Of a DNA stretch of 64,000 bases, positions 1 to 8,508 are shown one piece after another. The position numbers were made by a program, and so were the translations under genes. The DNA comes from an uncultured Sutterella sp. (lineage in GTDB: Bacteria > Pseudomonadota > Gammaproteobacteria > Burkholderiales > Burkholderiaceae_F). The stretch lies in NCBI GenBank assembly GCA_900757865.1, contig CAAEPH010000051.1, positions 7,858 to 71,857 of the forward strand. Reading direction: 5' to 3'. Numbering within the stretch: the first letter of the stretch is position 1; each line of letters begins with the position of its first letter. The notes under the pieces are model-generated. The model did no database searches. It worked only from the letters and a program-made list of their open reading frames with translations, and was not told the DNA's origin.

Positions 1-812
1 GGGTTATTGGGGGAAAACATTTCTGGCGTAAGCGTCGGTAAAGTAAAGTCGCATTTTGGACAGGCGTATTGTGTGTTGAAATCATACCGTTCTTGGTCAT
101 CCATTCCCACAACAAACAACCTCCCCTTCCCTAAATTGGCTGCTGTTTCACAACTTTCCGAAAGGCGAGCACGATTCTCTGGAGAAATCCTTAATCGATC
201 GACTACGACAGCGATCGTGTGGGGGCGATCAGGCTCAAGAGCGATCGCTTGCTCGAGCATCTGAATCTCGCCATCTATTTGAAAACGCATATACCCCTTG
301 GAAAGAGCCTCTGCAAAATACTCTTTGAATGTCCCCTTCTGTTCTTGCACTACTGGGGCTAAAATCATGATGCGTTTCCCTTCAGGTAGTTGCAAAATTT
401 GATCAACAATAAACGCCACAGTCTGCATGCTTAACGGTAGGTCATGAACTGGACAATGAGGAATACCCACTCGAGCAAACAACAGTCGTAAATAATCCAC
501 GACTTCTGTCATAGTTCCTACTGTAGAACGGGGATTATTACCTATACCTTTTTGATCAATGGCAATAGCAGGGGATAGACCGTAAATGGACTCCACATCG
601 GGTCTGGGCATCAAATCGAGAAAATGTCTAGCAAAAATGGACAGGCTTTCCACATAGCGGCGTTGCCCCTCAGCGTACAACGTGTCAAAGGCTAAAGAAC
701 TCTTCCCGCTACCCGACAATCCGGTAAAGACCGTCAACTTTTCACGTGGAATTTCCAAATCAATGTTTTTGAGATTGTGTGTTTTCGCACCTTTGACGAT
801 AATGGCTTCCAT
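1..812 (-). CDS. uvrA: Excinuclease ABC subunit A (UvrA), N-terminal 271 aa; the gene continues past the window start
   Basis: Reverse-strand translation from the ATG at 812 gives MEAIIVKGAKTHNLKNIDLEIPREKLTVFTGLSGSGKSSLAFDTLYAEGQRRYVESLS...YACPKCDFTLPTLTPEMFSPNNP with no stop codon before position 1. This is the canonical UvrA N-terminus with Walker A motif and zinc finger. The ORF track misses it because it lacks a stop codon inside the window. Confidence 0.9.
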   Translation of the reverse strand, partial: MEAIIVKGAKTHNLKNIDLEIPREKLTVFTGLSGSGKSSLAFDTLYAEGQRRYVESLSIFARHFLDLMPRPDVESIYGLSPAIAIDQKGIGNNPRSTVGTMTEVVDYLRLLFARVGIPHCPVHDLPLSMQTVAFIVDQILQLPEGKRIMILAPVVQEQKGTFKEYFAEALSKGYMRFQIDGEIQMLEQAIALEPDRPHTIAVVVDRLRISPENRARLSESCETAANLGKGRLFVVGMDDQERYDFNTQYACPKCDFTLPTLTPEMFSPNN

Positions 813-914
813 GAGGAAAGCTCCCTTAAGCAAAACATGTCCTGACAAACTATAGACTTTATGATCGGCGCTCGTAAAGCTAGCGATTATCTACCATAAA
901 CATTAGCAAGACAA

Positions 915-2165
915 ATGACAAACGTTCAACCCTCTCCAGCTGACCAGAAAAGCAAACGGCTCAGCATGACCCCTCAAGAGAAACATATCAGCATGAGTTT
1001 AGCGGCCGTTTTTGCTTTACGCATGTTGGGACTGTTTTTAATCCTTCCTGTCTTTGCCGTCTACGCACGTCAACTCCCTGGTGGCGAACAAGAGTTCTAT
1101 GTTGGACTCGCCCTCGGTATTTATGGGTTAACGCAATGCTTTTTGCAAATTCCTTTTGGGCTTGCCAGTGATCGACTCGGTAGAAAGCCTGTGATTATTT
1201 TTGGACTCTTACTTTTCATTGTAGGAAGCATCGTAGCTGCCCTAGCAACCAATATTTGGCTTGTGATTGCAGGACGAGCACTTCAAGGTGCCGGTGCGAT
1301 CTCCGCAGCTGTCACGGCCTTCATTGGGGATGCTGTACGAGAGACAGTGATCACCCGTGCCATGGCCATGGTTGGCGCATCCATTGGATTGACCTTTGCT
1401 CTCAGTCTTGTCGTTGCTCCGCCCCTAGCCCAATTGTGGGGAGTCCCAGGTCTTTTTTGGATGACTGCATTTTTATCTTTCTTAGCCATCATCATGGTAT
1501 CTCGCTTGCGTCCTCATACCGCACAACACGATACCCAAGATTCCGAAGCTCATCGTCCTTGGCTAAAAATTGTTTTTGACCCCCAACTGTTACGACTCAA
1601 TGCCGGCATCTTTTTCTTGCATGCCGCCCAAATGTCGCTTTTCGTCGTCGTTCCTCCTCGCTTGGTATCCATGGATCTCCCCGTGCTCCATCACTGGTAT
1701 ATCTATTTGCCCGCCGTGCTCATCGGTTTTGCCATCATGGTCAAGCCTATAATTTGGGCAGAACGCAATGCCAAAGTAGTCAAACTTCAGCGCATCTGTA
1801 TTTCCCTTTTGTTCGTTGTCTTTGCTCTCTTTACCTTTTTGATGCACTCAATTTGGGAAATTGCCTTTTTAATGACCCTCTTTTTTGCTGCTTTTAATAT
1901 TTTAGAAGCCACTTTACCGAGTCTGATTTCACGTACAGCCCCCAAATCTGACAAAGGTTTCGCTCTTGGCGTATATAACACCACGCAAAGCCTTGGCCTT
2001 TTTGTGGGAGGTGCTGTTGGAGGATGGATTGCTCAACATTTTTCCGCCGAAGCTGTGTTTGTCGTTTCATCTTTTGCTATGCTTATCTGGTTCACGCTGG
2101 CTCTTGGGCAGAAAGAGCCCTTATCCAAAAAAGCTCGTGAACACGGTGAAGCAATTCAAGTTTGA
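915..2165 (+). CDS. MFS family transporter (12 predicted TM helices)
   Basis: 416-aa hydrophobic protein with the MFS loop motif GLASDRLGRKPVII. It sits in the conserved position between divergent uvrA and ssb. Confidence 0.8.
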   Translation: MTNVQPSPADQKSKRLSMTPQEKHISMSLAAVFALRMLGLFLILPVFAVYARQLPGGEQEFYVGLALGIYGLTQCFLQIPFGLASDRLGRKPVIIFGLLLFIVGSIVAALATNIWLVIAGRALQGAGAISAAVTAFIGDAVRETVITRAMAMVGASIGLTFALSLVVAPPLAQLWGVPGLFWMTAFLSFLAIIMVSRLRPHTAQHDTQDSEAHRPWLKIVFDPQLLRLNAGIFFLHAAQMSLFVVVPPRLVSMDLPVLHHWYIYLPAVLIGFAIMVKPIIWAERNAKVVKLQRICISLLFVVFALFTFLMHSIWEIAFLMTLFFAAFNILEATLPSLISRTAPKSDKGFALGVYNTTQSLGLFVGGAVGGWIAQHFSAEAVFVVSSFAMLIWFTLALGQKEPLSKKAREHGEAIQV

Positions 2166-2187
2166 TTAGTTTTTTTATTGGGTTACT

Positions 2188-2673
2188 ATGGCTTCCATTA
2201 ATAAGGTCATTCTCGTCGGCAATCTTGGACGTGACCCCGAGACTCGTTACTCTTCTGATGGCAATACTGCTATCACTTCCTTAAACTTAGCCACAACTCG
2301 TCGCTACCGTAGCGCTAGCGGGGAACAAATCAGTGAAACCGAGTGGCATCGCATCACGCTTTTCGCTCGCCTGGCTGAAATCGCTAAAGAATATCTGCGG
2401 AAAGGTAGCTTGGTGTACATTGAAGGACGTCTTCGTACACGTCGCTATACGGGTAAAGATGGTATTGAACGATTTATGACAGAGGTCATTGCAGAGCAGT
2501 TGCAGTTACTCGATCGTCGCTCCACCGAACAGCACGACATCGATGACGGCTTTGAAAGTACTCCGCGCCCAGCTCGTCCTGCAAGCACTCCTCATCATGA
2601 GCCTACGCCAGCCCCTGCGGCAGCGACTCCCTCTCAGACCATCGACGATCTAGAAGAGGATGTTCCGTTCTAA
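2188..2673 (+). CDS. ssb: Single-stranded DNA-binding protein
   Basis: OB-fold N-terminus ([21 protein letters not shown]...) and a Pro/Ala-rich linker. The acidic C-terminal tip is DDLEEDVPF. Confidence 0.95.
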   Translation: MASINKVILVGNLGRDPETRYSSDGNTAITSLNLATTRRYRSASGEQISETEWHRITLFARLAEIAKEYLRKGSLVYIEGRLRTRRYTGKDGIERFMTEVIAEQLQLLDRRSTEQHDIDDGFESTPRPARPASTPHHEPTPAPAAATPSQTIDDLEEDVPF

Positions 2674-2696
2674 ATCCTAGAGGTCTGTTTTTGGCC

Positions 2697-2740
2697 AAAA
2701 GCGCAAGAGCCTATCTTTAAACTCTTGCGCTTTCTTTTTG
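2697..2740. terminator. Bidirectional rho-independent terminator between ssb and the convergent ABC permease gene
   Basis: GCGCAAGAG-loop-CTCTTGCGC stem with T-runs on both strands. Confidence 0.6.
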
Positions 2741-2746
2741 CCGTCA

Positions 2747-3955
2747 TTACTCATGACGCACCGCTTCAATCGGATCCAGTCGTGCTGCTCGACGAGCAGG
2801 GAAGTAGCCAAAGACAACCCCAGTGAGCGCAGCCACCGAGAACGCCAATATATTAATAAAAGGATCGAAGAGGAAAGGGACTTCCATCAAACTCGAAAGG
2901 AAAATGGATACCCCAAAAGCTAACGCTAGCCCAATAACCCCTCCTAAACCACCAAGCACTAGAGACTCTATAAGAAATTGCAATTGAACTTCTCGTGCTA
3001 ATGCACCAATCGCCAATCGAATCCCTATTTCTCGCGTACGCTCAGTCACTGACACCAACATAATATTCATGATGCCTATGCCACCGACTAGCAAACTCAC
3101 ACCAGCCACAGCAGCCAAAAGAGTGGTCATAATTTTCGTGGTTGATGCCACCTTGGCCGCAATCTCTGCTGTATCAAGAATCTGAAAGTTATCATCATCG
3201 CCGTCAGATAACTTTCGGCGTTCTCTTAAAAGCTCTGTCACTGCTGTTTTTAACCGCTCACGATCTGACAGGGGGTTAATCGAGAGCAACAGAGCACCCA
3301 CTTTTGTGGACCCTAACAGTCGGCGTTGAACCGTGGTAATGGGCATAACCATCAAGTCGTCTTGATCGCCCCCCATTGCGGCTGTTCCTTTGGTTTTCAG
3401 TAATCCAATCACTCGGCAGGAAAAACCTCCCGTACGTATCGTTTGACCAATGACAGGTGCGTGTTCTCCAAAGAGCTCTTTTTGAATCGTGCTACCAATC
3501 ACACAAACTGCAGCTCCAGACAGGATCTCTCCAGCCTCAAAATAACGTCCTTGAGCCAACTCTCGGTTATCAATAGAAAAATAATTATTGTTAGTCCCCA
3601 CCACGCTCGTTTGCCAATTCCGACCATTGCCGATGACAGTCAACGTTTTCGCAGCTTGAGGTGCCACAGCAGTAATACCTGCAATCTGTCCTGTAATGGC
3701 TTCTGCATCAGCCATTTTAAAGTCTGGGGCCCCCACAGCTTGCCCAGGCCCCAATCGCAAACCAGGTCGAACCATTAGTTGGTTATTTCCAAAGGACTCA
3801 ATTTGCATGCGGATAGCCTTAGAGGCTCCGTTGCCTACAGTTACCATCGTAATCACGGCAGCCACGCCAATCACAATACCCAGCACCGTCAACAAACTCC
3901 GCATAGGATTGCGAAAAATTTGGCGTAAAGCCAACAAGAAGGCATTCCCAATCAT
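2747..3955 (-). CDS. ABC efflux permease, FtsX/MacB-type (no fused ATPase)
   Basis: 402 aa with an N-terminal TM helix, a large periplasmic domain and the C-terminal FtsX-type 3-TM bundle. Its start overlaps the ATPase gene stop in an ATGA junction. Confidence 0.85.
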   Translation of the reverse strand: MIGNAFLLALRQIFRNPMRSLLTVLGIVIGVAAVITMVTVGNGASKAIRMQIESFGNNQLMVRPGLRLGPGQAVGAPDFKMADAEAITGQIAGITAVAPQAAKTLTVIGNGRNWQTSVVGTNNNYFSIDNRELAQGRYFEAGEILSGAAVCVIGSTIQKELFGEHAPVIGQTIRTGGFSCRVIGLLKTKGTAAMGGDQDDLMVMPITTVQRRLLGSTKVGALLLSINPLSDRERLKTAVTELLRERRKLSDGDDDNFQILDTAEIAAKVASTTKIMTTLLAAVAGVSLLVGGIGIMNIMLVSVTERTREIGIRLAIGALAREVQLQFLIESLVLGGLGGVIGLALAFGVSIFLSSLMEVPFLFDPFINILAFSVAALTGVVFGYFPARRAARLDPIEAVRHE

Positions 3956-4656
3956 AACTGCACTCCTCGATCATCCAACTCTATACGCCCATCACGGAAC
4001 CGTACGTGCCGATGTGCATATTTCGCCATATCGGGCTCATGTGTAACCAACACTACAGTTATGCCATCTTCTGCATTTAGGGCAGAAAGCAACTCCATAA
4101 TTTCGATACTTCTCGCCGTATCCAAACTGCCCGTTGGCTCATCGGCAAGGAGTAACCTTGGCTTCGTCACAATCGCTCTAGCAATGGCTACACGCTGCTG
4201 TTGCCCCCCTGACAAAGCCGCTGGCGTATGGTCTTCCCAAGACAGTAAACCCACCCTATCCAAAGCCTGCCGAGCCAATGCTCGACGCTCTGCTTTGGGC
4301 AGTCCACGGTAAAGAAGGGGCAACTCGACATTTTCGAGAGCGGTTGTTCGCGCTAGTAAATTAAACCCCTGGAAAACAAAACCAAGGTACTGCCTGCGCA
4401 ATAGTGCTCGCTGATCCCCCGATAGGGATTCCACATGAATACCATTAAACTCGTACACGCCACTCGTAGGACGATCTAGAGCACCAATGATATTCATCAT
4501 TGTCGACTTTCCCGACCCCGAAGGGCCCATAATAGCGACGAACTCGCCCTCATCGATCGAAAGGGAAACGTCTTTAAGTGCTTCAAAAGACGCTTCGGCC
4601 GTTCCATACCGCTTTCGAATATGTTCAAGACGTATTAGATGAGATCCATCAGGCAT
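3952..4656 (-). CDS. ABC transporter ATP-binding protein (MacB/LolD-like ATPase)
   Basis: Walker [10 protein letters not shown], signature [14 protein letters not shown], Walker B LLLADEPTGSLD and H-loop VTHE. The probable start is the internal ATG at 4656 (MPDGSHLIRLEHI) with a GGGAG Shine-Dalgarno (SD) site 8 nt upstream; the ORF-track start is 4689. Confidence 0.85.
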   Translation of the reverse strand: MPDGSHLIRLEHIRKRYGTAEASFEALKDVSLSIDEGEFVAIMGPSGSGKSTMMNIIGALDRPTSGVYEFNGIHVESLSGDQRALLRRQYLGFVFQGFNLLARTTALENVELPLLYRGLPKAERRALARQALDRVGLLSWEDHTPAALSGGQQQRVAIARAIVTKPRLLLADEPTGSLDTARSIEIMELLSALNAEDGITVVLVTHEPDMAKYAHRHVRFRDGRIELDDRGVQL

Positions 4657-4660
4657 GCGA

Positions 4661-5929
4661 TCAGTCTCCCGCTTTACGTTGCTGATCAATAATCACTTGA
4701 TCTGTTTCACGAATCTCTCCTTTGAGGATCTCTGTGTGATTACCATCGGTCAATCCTGTGGTCACCGTAAGCTTCAGAGGTTTCCCATCGCGTAATACGT
4801 AGAGCTCTCGTTGAGTTTCACCGTGAATAACCACGTCCTTCACGGTTTTATTTACTGTTGTTCGATGAGGTGGTCCTGCTTGAATCACGGGCTTTTTCGT
4901 CGCGGCTTTCGTGCTCGGCACAAATCTAAAGGCAGAGTTGGGGACTAACAACACCCCATCACGCTTTGCTGTTTCAATGGTTGCTGAGGCGGTCATGCCA
5001 GGTCGCAATAAATGCTGAGAATTATCCACCGTCATGTAAGCGGTATAAGTCACCACATTTTCATTGGTTGCCGAACCGTAAGCAACCTTGGTAAGGGTTG
5101 CTGGGAAATGCTGATTAGGGAAAGCACTCACTGTGAAATAAACCGGATCACCCTCTTTGACAACGCCTATATCGGCTTCATCCACTAACACTTGCAATTC
5201 CAATTTGCTCAAATCCGTGGCTAATGTCAACAACTGAACTGCCTGTAATGAAGCCGCAACCGCCAAACCAGGTTCAACGGTTCTTGTTAAGACCACACCG
5301 TCAATCGGTGACGCGATACGAGCTTTTGACAAGTCAGTCTCTGCCGTTGTCAAGGTGGCCTCTGCACTCATAATATTGGCCTCTGCCACCGCCACACTTG
5401 CCTTATTAACATCCACCTTGGCTTGCTGTTGATCCAGTTCTGTCTGTGAGGGGGACAAGCCACCTGACCGTTTGTGCAAATCTAGCATTCGCTTGTGGGT
5501 AATCTGACTTTCCTTAAGATTGGCAACGCTTTCCTGTCGCTGAGCCTGGGCGCTCTGTAAGGTCGCTTTTGCGCTCTGCACTTTAGCCTTCAAACTTCTC
5601 GTATCTAAATCGATCAAGGGATCTCCCACTTTAACAGGTGAGTTCACATCCACATAGACCTTTCGAACAATTCCTGAAAGTTCGGAGCCCACCGAAACAG
5701 TCCGCGTTGGTTGCAAAGTGCCATCTGCCGTCACAGTCACATTCAGTGAACCCAAAGTAGCTGGCTCGGTTATATAGTGGAGATCCTGTTGTGCATTTTG
5801 TGCCTTCCAATAGTACCACCCACCAGTTGCCAAACCTACTGCTACCACAATGCCTAAGGTTTTGACATACCATGGACGAGAATGGGTTTGAAGAAAATCG
5901 GGCTTATCGTTTGTACTCTTTTGAGACAT
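4661..5929 (-). CDS. HlyD/MacA-family periplasmic adaptor (membrane fusion protein)
   Basis: Single N-terminal TM helix, coiled-coil region and beta-barrel/lipoyl-like domains typical of membrane fusion proteins. The probable start is the ATG at 5929 (MSQKST), which has an AAGGA SD site; the ORF-track start is 5977. Confidence 0.8.
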   Translation of the reverse strand: MSQKSTNDKPDFLQTHSRPWYVKTLGIVVAVGLATGGWYYWKAQNAQQDLHYITEPATLGSLNVTVTADGTLQPTRTVSVGSELSGIVRKVYVDVNSPVKVGDPLIDLDTRSLKAKVQSAKATLQSAQAQRQESVANLKESQITHKRMLDLHKRSGGLSPSQTELDQQQAKVDVNKASVAVAEANIMSAEATLTTAETDLSKARIASPIDGVVLTRTVEPGLAVAASLQAVQLLTLATDLSKLELQVLVDEADIGVVKEGDPVYFTVSAFPNQHFPATLTKVAYGSATNENVVTYTAYMTVDNSQHLLRPGMTASATIETAKRDGVLLVPNSAFRFVPSTKAATKKPVIQAGPPHRTTVNKTVKDVVIHGETQRELYVLRDGKPLKLTVTTGLTDGNHTEILKGEIRETDQVIIDQQRKAGD

Positions 5930-5952
5930 AGTCTGTCCTTCTTGTTTATCGC

Positions 5953-7350
5953 TTACTGCAACTGACGCGTGGTCCATGGACCACCTAAAACACGATACAG
6001 GGTGACATAAGCATTGCTGACTGCCGCACGATTATCCAAGGCGTTTTCTTGAGCACTAAAATAGTTACGCTCTGCTTCGAGTAGACTTAAGTAATCCCCC
6101 AATCCAGCTTGATAACTATCACGCGAGAGTTGGTATGCTTTCTGTGCGTGCTCTTGGGCCTGTTGAAGAAGAGGAATATTTTGTTCCGTTGTCTGCACAG
6201 TCAATAACGCATTGCCCGTCTCCTCTAGCGCGCTTACTAAGGTATCTCGATAGGACGCCTGAGCCTGTGCTAATTGCGCTTTCGCCTGATCGGAGGCTGC
6301 TGACAATGTGCCCCAATTAAGCACCGGGAGCGACATCGCTGCCACAAGAGCCCCCACCCCCGTTCCCGAAGCTCCTAAAGCACTCACCGTGGCTGCTTGT
6401 GTTCCGATGGAACCCGTAATCTGTAAACTCGGAAAAAAATCTTTTTGAGCTGCCTCCAGTGTTTTGGCTCTAGCGTATAGCGTCTCGATAGCACTACGGA
6501 TATCGGGACGCCTCATTAACACCTCCGCAGGAATAGCTACCGCCAAATGAGCTTTAGGACTTGGCAGATCTGTCCCTTCTCCAAGATGGAGCTCATCGCT
6601 GGGAATCGCTAGCAATCTCGCTAACGCCAATTTGTATTGCCCTAAACTTTGCTGAAGCTTTACCAAACGAACTTTGGCGTTCTCTACTTGCACCTGAGCT
6701 GTTTCCACACTAGCTTGATCTCCTAAACCAGCCTGCGATTTCCAGGCGGCTAGATGAGCCGTTTCTTGGTAATTCTGTAGCTCTTTCTCGAGCAACTGAA
6801 GTTTCAGCTGAGCAGCTCGAAAATTGACATAGGCCGTAACCACCTCAGCAACCATTTGGTCCTTCACTTGCTCCAGTGCCCATGCTTTGGCTAGCTCCTC
6901 AAACAGCGCAGCGTCATATCGCGTGTATTGTGCCCCGGCTAAATTAGCCTCCCATGCAGCACTCATTCCCGCTTTATAGGTCGACAATGTCACACCGGAT
7001 GTGCGGTTTTTTCCGGCTGACGCATCGACGCTAAAAGAAGGCCATAAAACCGAATTTGCGCTGCGGACAGCTGCCCGAGCTATTTGCAGTGAGGCCAAGG
7101 CTTCTTCAACCTTGGGCGAGTTCTGTAAAACTTTCTCTACAAATGTATCGATCTGAGGATCGTTCCACTGTGCCCAAAAGACCTCTGGCGCTACAGTATT
7201 TTTTTCTTCTAGAATAGTTTCCCACTGTTGAGGCAAGACGCTGTCAGCCGTTGTTTGAACATCGGGAGGTGAAATCGCACAACCACCGAGAACAATGCAA
7301 CAACTTCCCATTAGAAACTTCTTCCAGACATCCACAGCATTTCGTCTCAT
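5953..7350 (-). CDS. Outer-membrane efflux lipoprotein, TolC/NodT family
   Basis: 465 aa with signal peptide and lipobox (IVLGGCAISPP). The duplicated helix/beta-strand repeat architecture is that of outer-membrane factor (OMF) proteins. It is the first gene of the OMF-MFP-ATPase-permease operon. Confidence 0.8.
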   Translation of the reverse strand: MRRNAVDVWKKFLMGSCCIVLGGCAISPPDVQTTADSVLPQQWETILEEKNTVAPEVFWAQWNDPQIDTFVEKVLQNSPKVEEALASLQIARAAVRSANSVLWPSFSVDASAGKNRTSGVTLSTYKAGMSAAWEANLAGAQYTRYDAALFEELAKAWALEQVKDQMVAEVVTAYVNFRAAQLKLQLLEKELQNYQETAHLAAWKSQAGLGDQASVETAQVQVENAKVRLVKLQQSLGQYKLALARLLAIPSDELHLGEGTDLPSPKAHLAVAIPAEVLMRRPDIRSAIETLYARAKTLEAAQKDFFPSLQITGSIGTQAATVSALGASGTGVGALVAAMSLPVLNWGTLSAASDQAKAQLAQAQASYRDTLVSALEETGNALLTVQTTEQNIPLLQQAQEHAQKAYQLSRDSYQAGLGDYLSLLEAERNYFSAQENALDNRAAVSNAYVTLYRVLGGPWTTRQLQ

Positions 7351-7541
7351 TGTTCATCCTTTTCTTATCCTATTGCAGCGATGCAAAGGGGCACCGCCTT
7401 GATGGATTATTACGTTTTGCTAGACAAGCTTCATCCCATTTGTAAGACTTCAAAAAGGATGACCCAGTTTGAACCCACAGAACCCTTCAGTTTGTTAATA
7501 TCACCATTATTTTTGTTTTAAATCATAAAATTTGTTCATTT

Positions 7542-8255
7542 ATGTTCAAACATCCTCGCCCGGTACTAGTCATTGACAACGACCTCGAGTTTTTGGCGTT
7601 GATCGTCGATTTCTTAGTGCTCGAGGGATTTCACCCGTATTTCGCTTCCACTTTTCAACAGGCTACAACCGTTTTAGAGTCAACTGAAGTGGATGCCATC
7701 GTCTGTCGAGAAGATTTGCCTGAAGGGAAAACGCTAGATTGGCTAGCAGAGCTCACTCAAAACTCACAAACTCCTCTGCAAAACCTCCCCATCCTTTTCC
7801 TGCTCACAAACCCCAGTAACAAGACCAATGTTGTGCCTAAGGAAAAGTACAACATTAGCAAAGCTTATCAACAGCCTTGGTCATTAAAAAACATTGCGCA
7901 AGACCTGCGACAAATGTTGTCGAAAACACAGACTGGTGTGACTCTTATCGCGAATCGCGAAGTGGGTCCCATCTGTATGGACTTGGTTAAGCGCCAATTA
8001 CGCATCAACGGTAAGCTCGTCCCAGTGACGAATACAGAGTTCACCATTCTGGAAGTTCTGATCAACAAGGTAGGCGTCGCTGTTCCTAAAGACGAAATTT
8101 ATCAAAAGGTGCTTGGACGCTCTATGCACCGTTCAGAGCGCTCGATCGATGTCCATATCTCTGCGTTGCGACATAAAATCCAGACTGTCGATAGCGAAAT
8201 CACAATTTCAGGTATTCGTCGTGTAGGTTATCGATTAATCATTAAACAAAGCTGA
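7542..8255 (+). CDS. Atypical OmpR/PhoB-family response regulator: receiver-like domain lacking the phospho-acceptor Asp, plus a winged-helix DNA-binding domain
   Basis: The C-terminal segment (TNTEFTILEVLINKVGVAVPKDEIYQKVLGRSMHRSERSIDVHISALRHKI...RRVGYRL) is a trans_reg_C winged helix. The N-terminal region aligns to a receiver fold, but the beta3 phospho-acceptor position reads VDAIVCREDLP, with Arg or Glu where the Asp should be. No histidine kinase is adjacent. Confidence 0.7.
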   Translation: MFKHPRPVLVIDNDLEFLALIVDFLVLEGFHPYFASTFQQATTVLESTEVDAIVCREDLPEGKTLDWLAELTQNSQTPLQNLPILFLLTNPSNKTNVVPKEKYNISKAYQQPWSLKNIAQDLRQMLSKTQTGVTLIANREVGPICMDLVKRQLRINGKLVPVTNTEFTILEVLINKVGVAVPKDEIYQKVLGRSMHRSERSIDVHISALRHKIQTVDSEITISGIRRVGYRLIIKQS

Positions 8256-8287
8256 TTTCATCCGCTCAGCGACAACCCCATTAAAGC

Positions 8288-8328
8288 AAAAGCCCAGTTC
8301 TGTTTTTCGCAAAAACTGGGCTTTTTAT
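8288..8328 (+). terminator. Rho-independent terminator after the regulator gene
   Basis: AAAGCCCAGTT...AACTGGGCTTTTTATTT. Confidence 0.55.
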
Positions 8329-8508
8329 TTATTCACATCGTTTTAGTTTCCTCTTTTTCAGCATGTTTTGCAAGAGTGTTTTGACATAAAGGCAATCTAA
8401 GTCAAAGAGAGTCGGCTTTCTTCTCAACCAATGGTTGTAGAGAGGCACAATAGAACTCATACGATTAGGTAAGAACCTAATGAAGCTTTTTTCATTGAGG
8501 GGAACGCT

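Noticed and set aside
7-264. 85-aa plus-strand ORF at the window start
   Set aside because: It lies entirely antisense within the open uvrA reading frame, whose translation is unmistakable. It is a spurious ORF.
1256-2169. Several 60-107-aa ORFs on both strands inside the MFS transporter gene
   Set aside because: They overlap a well-supported 12-TM coding frame, and their translations are compositionally biased (Cys/Arg/Ser-rich). They are frame-shadow ORFs.
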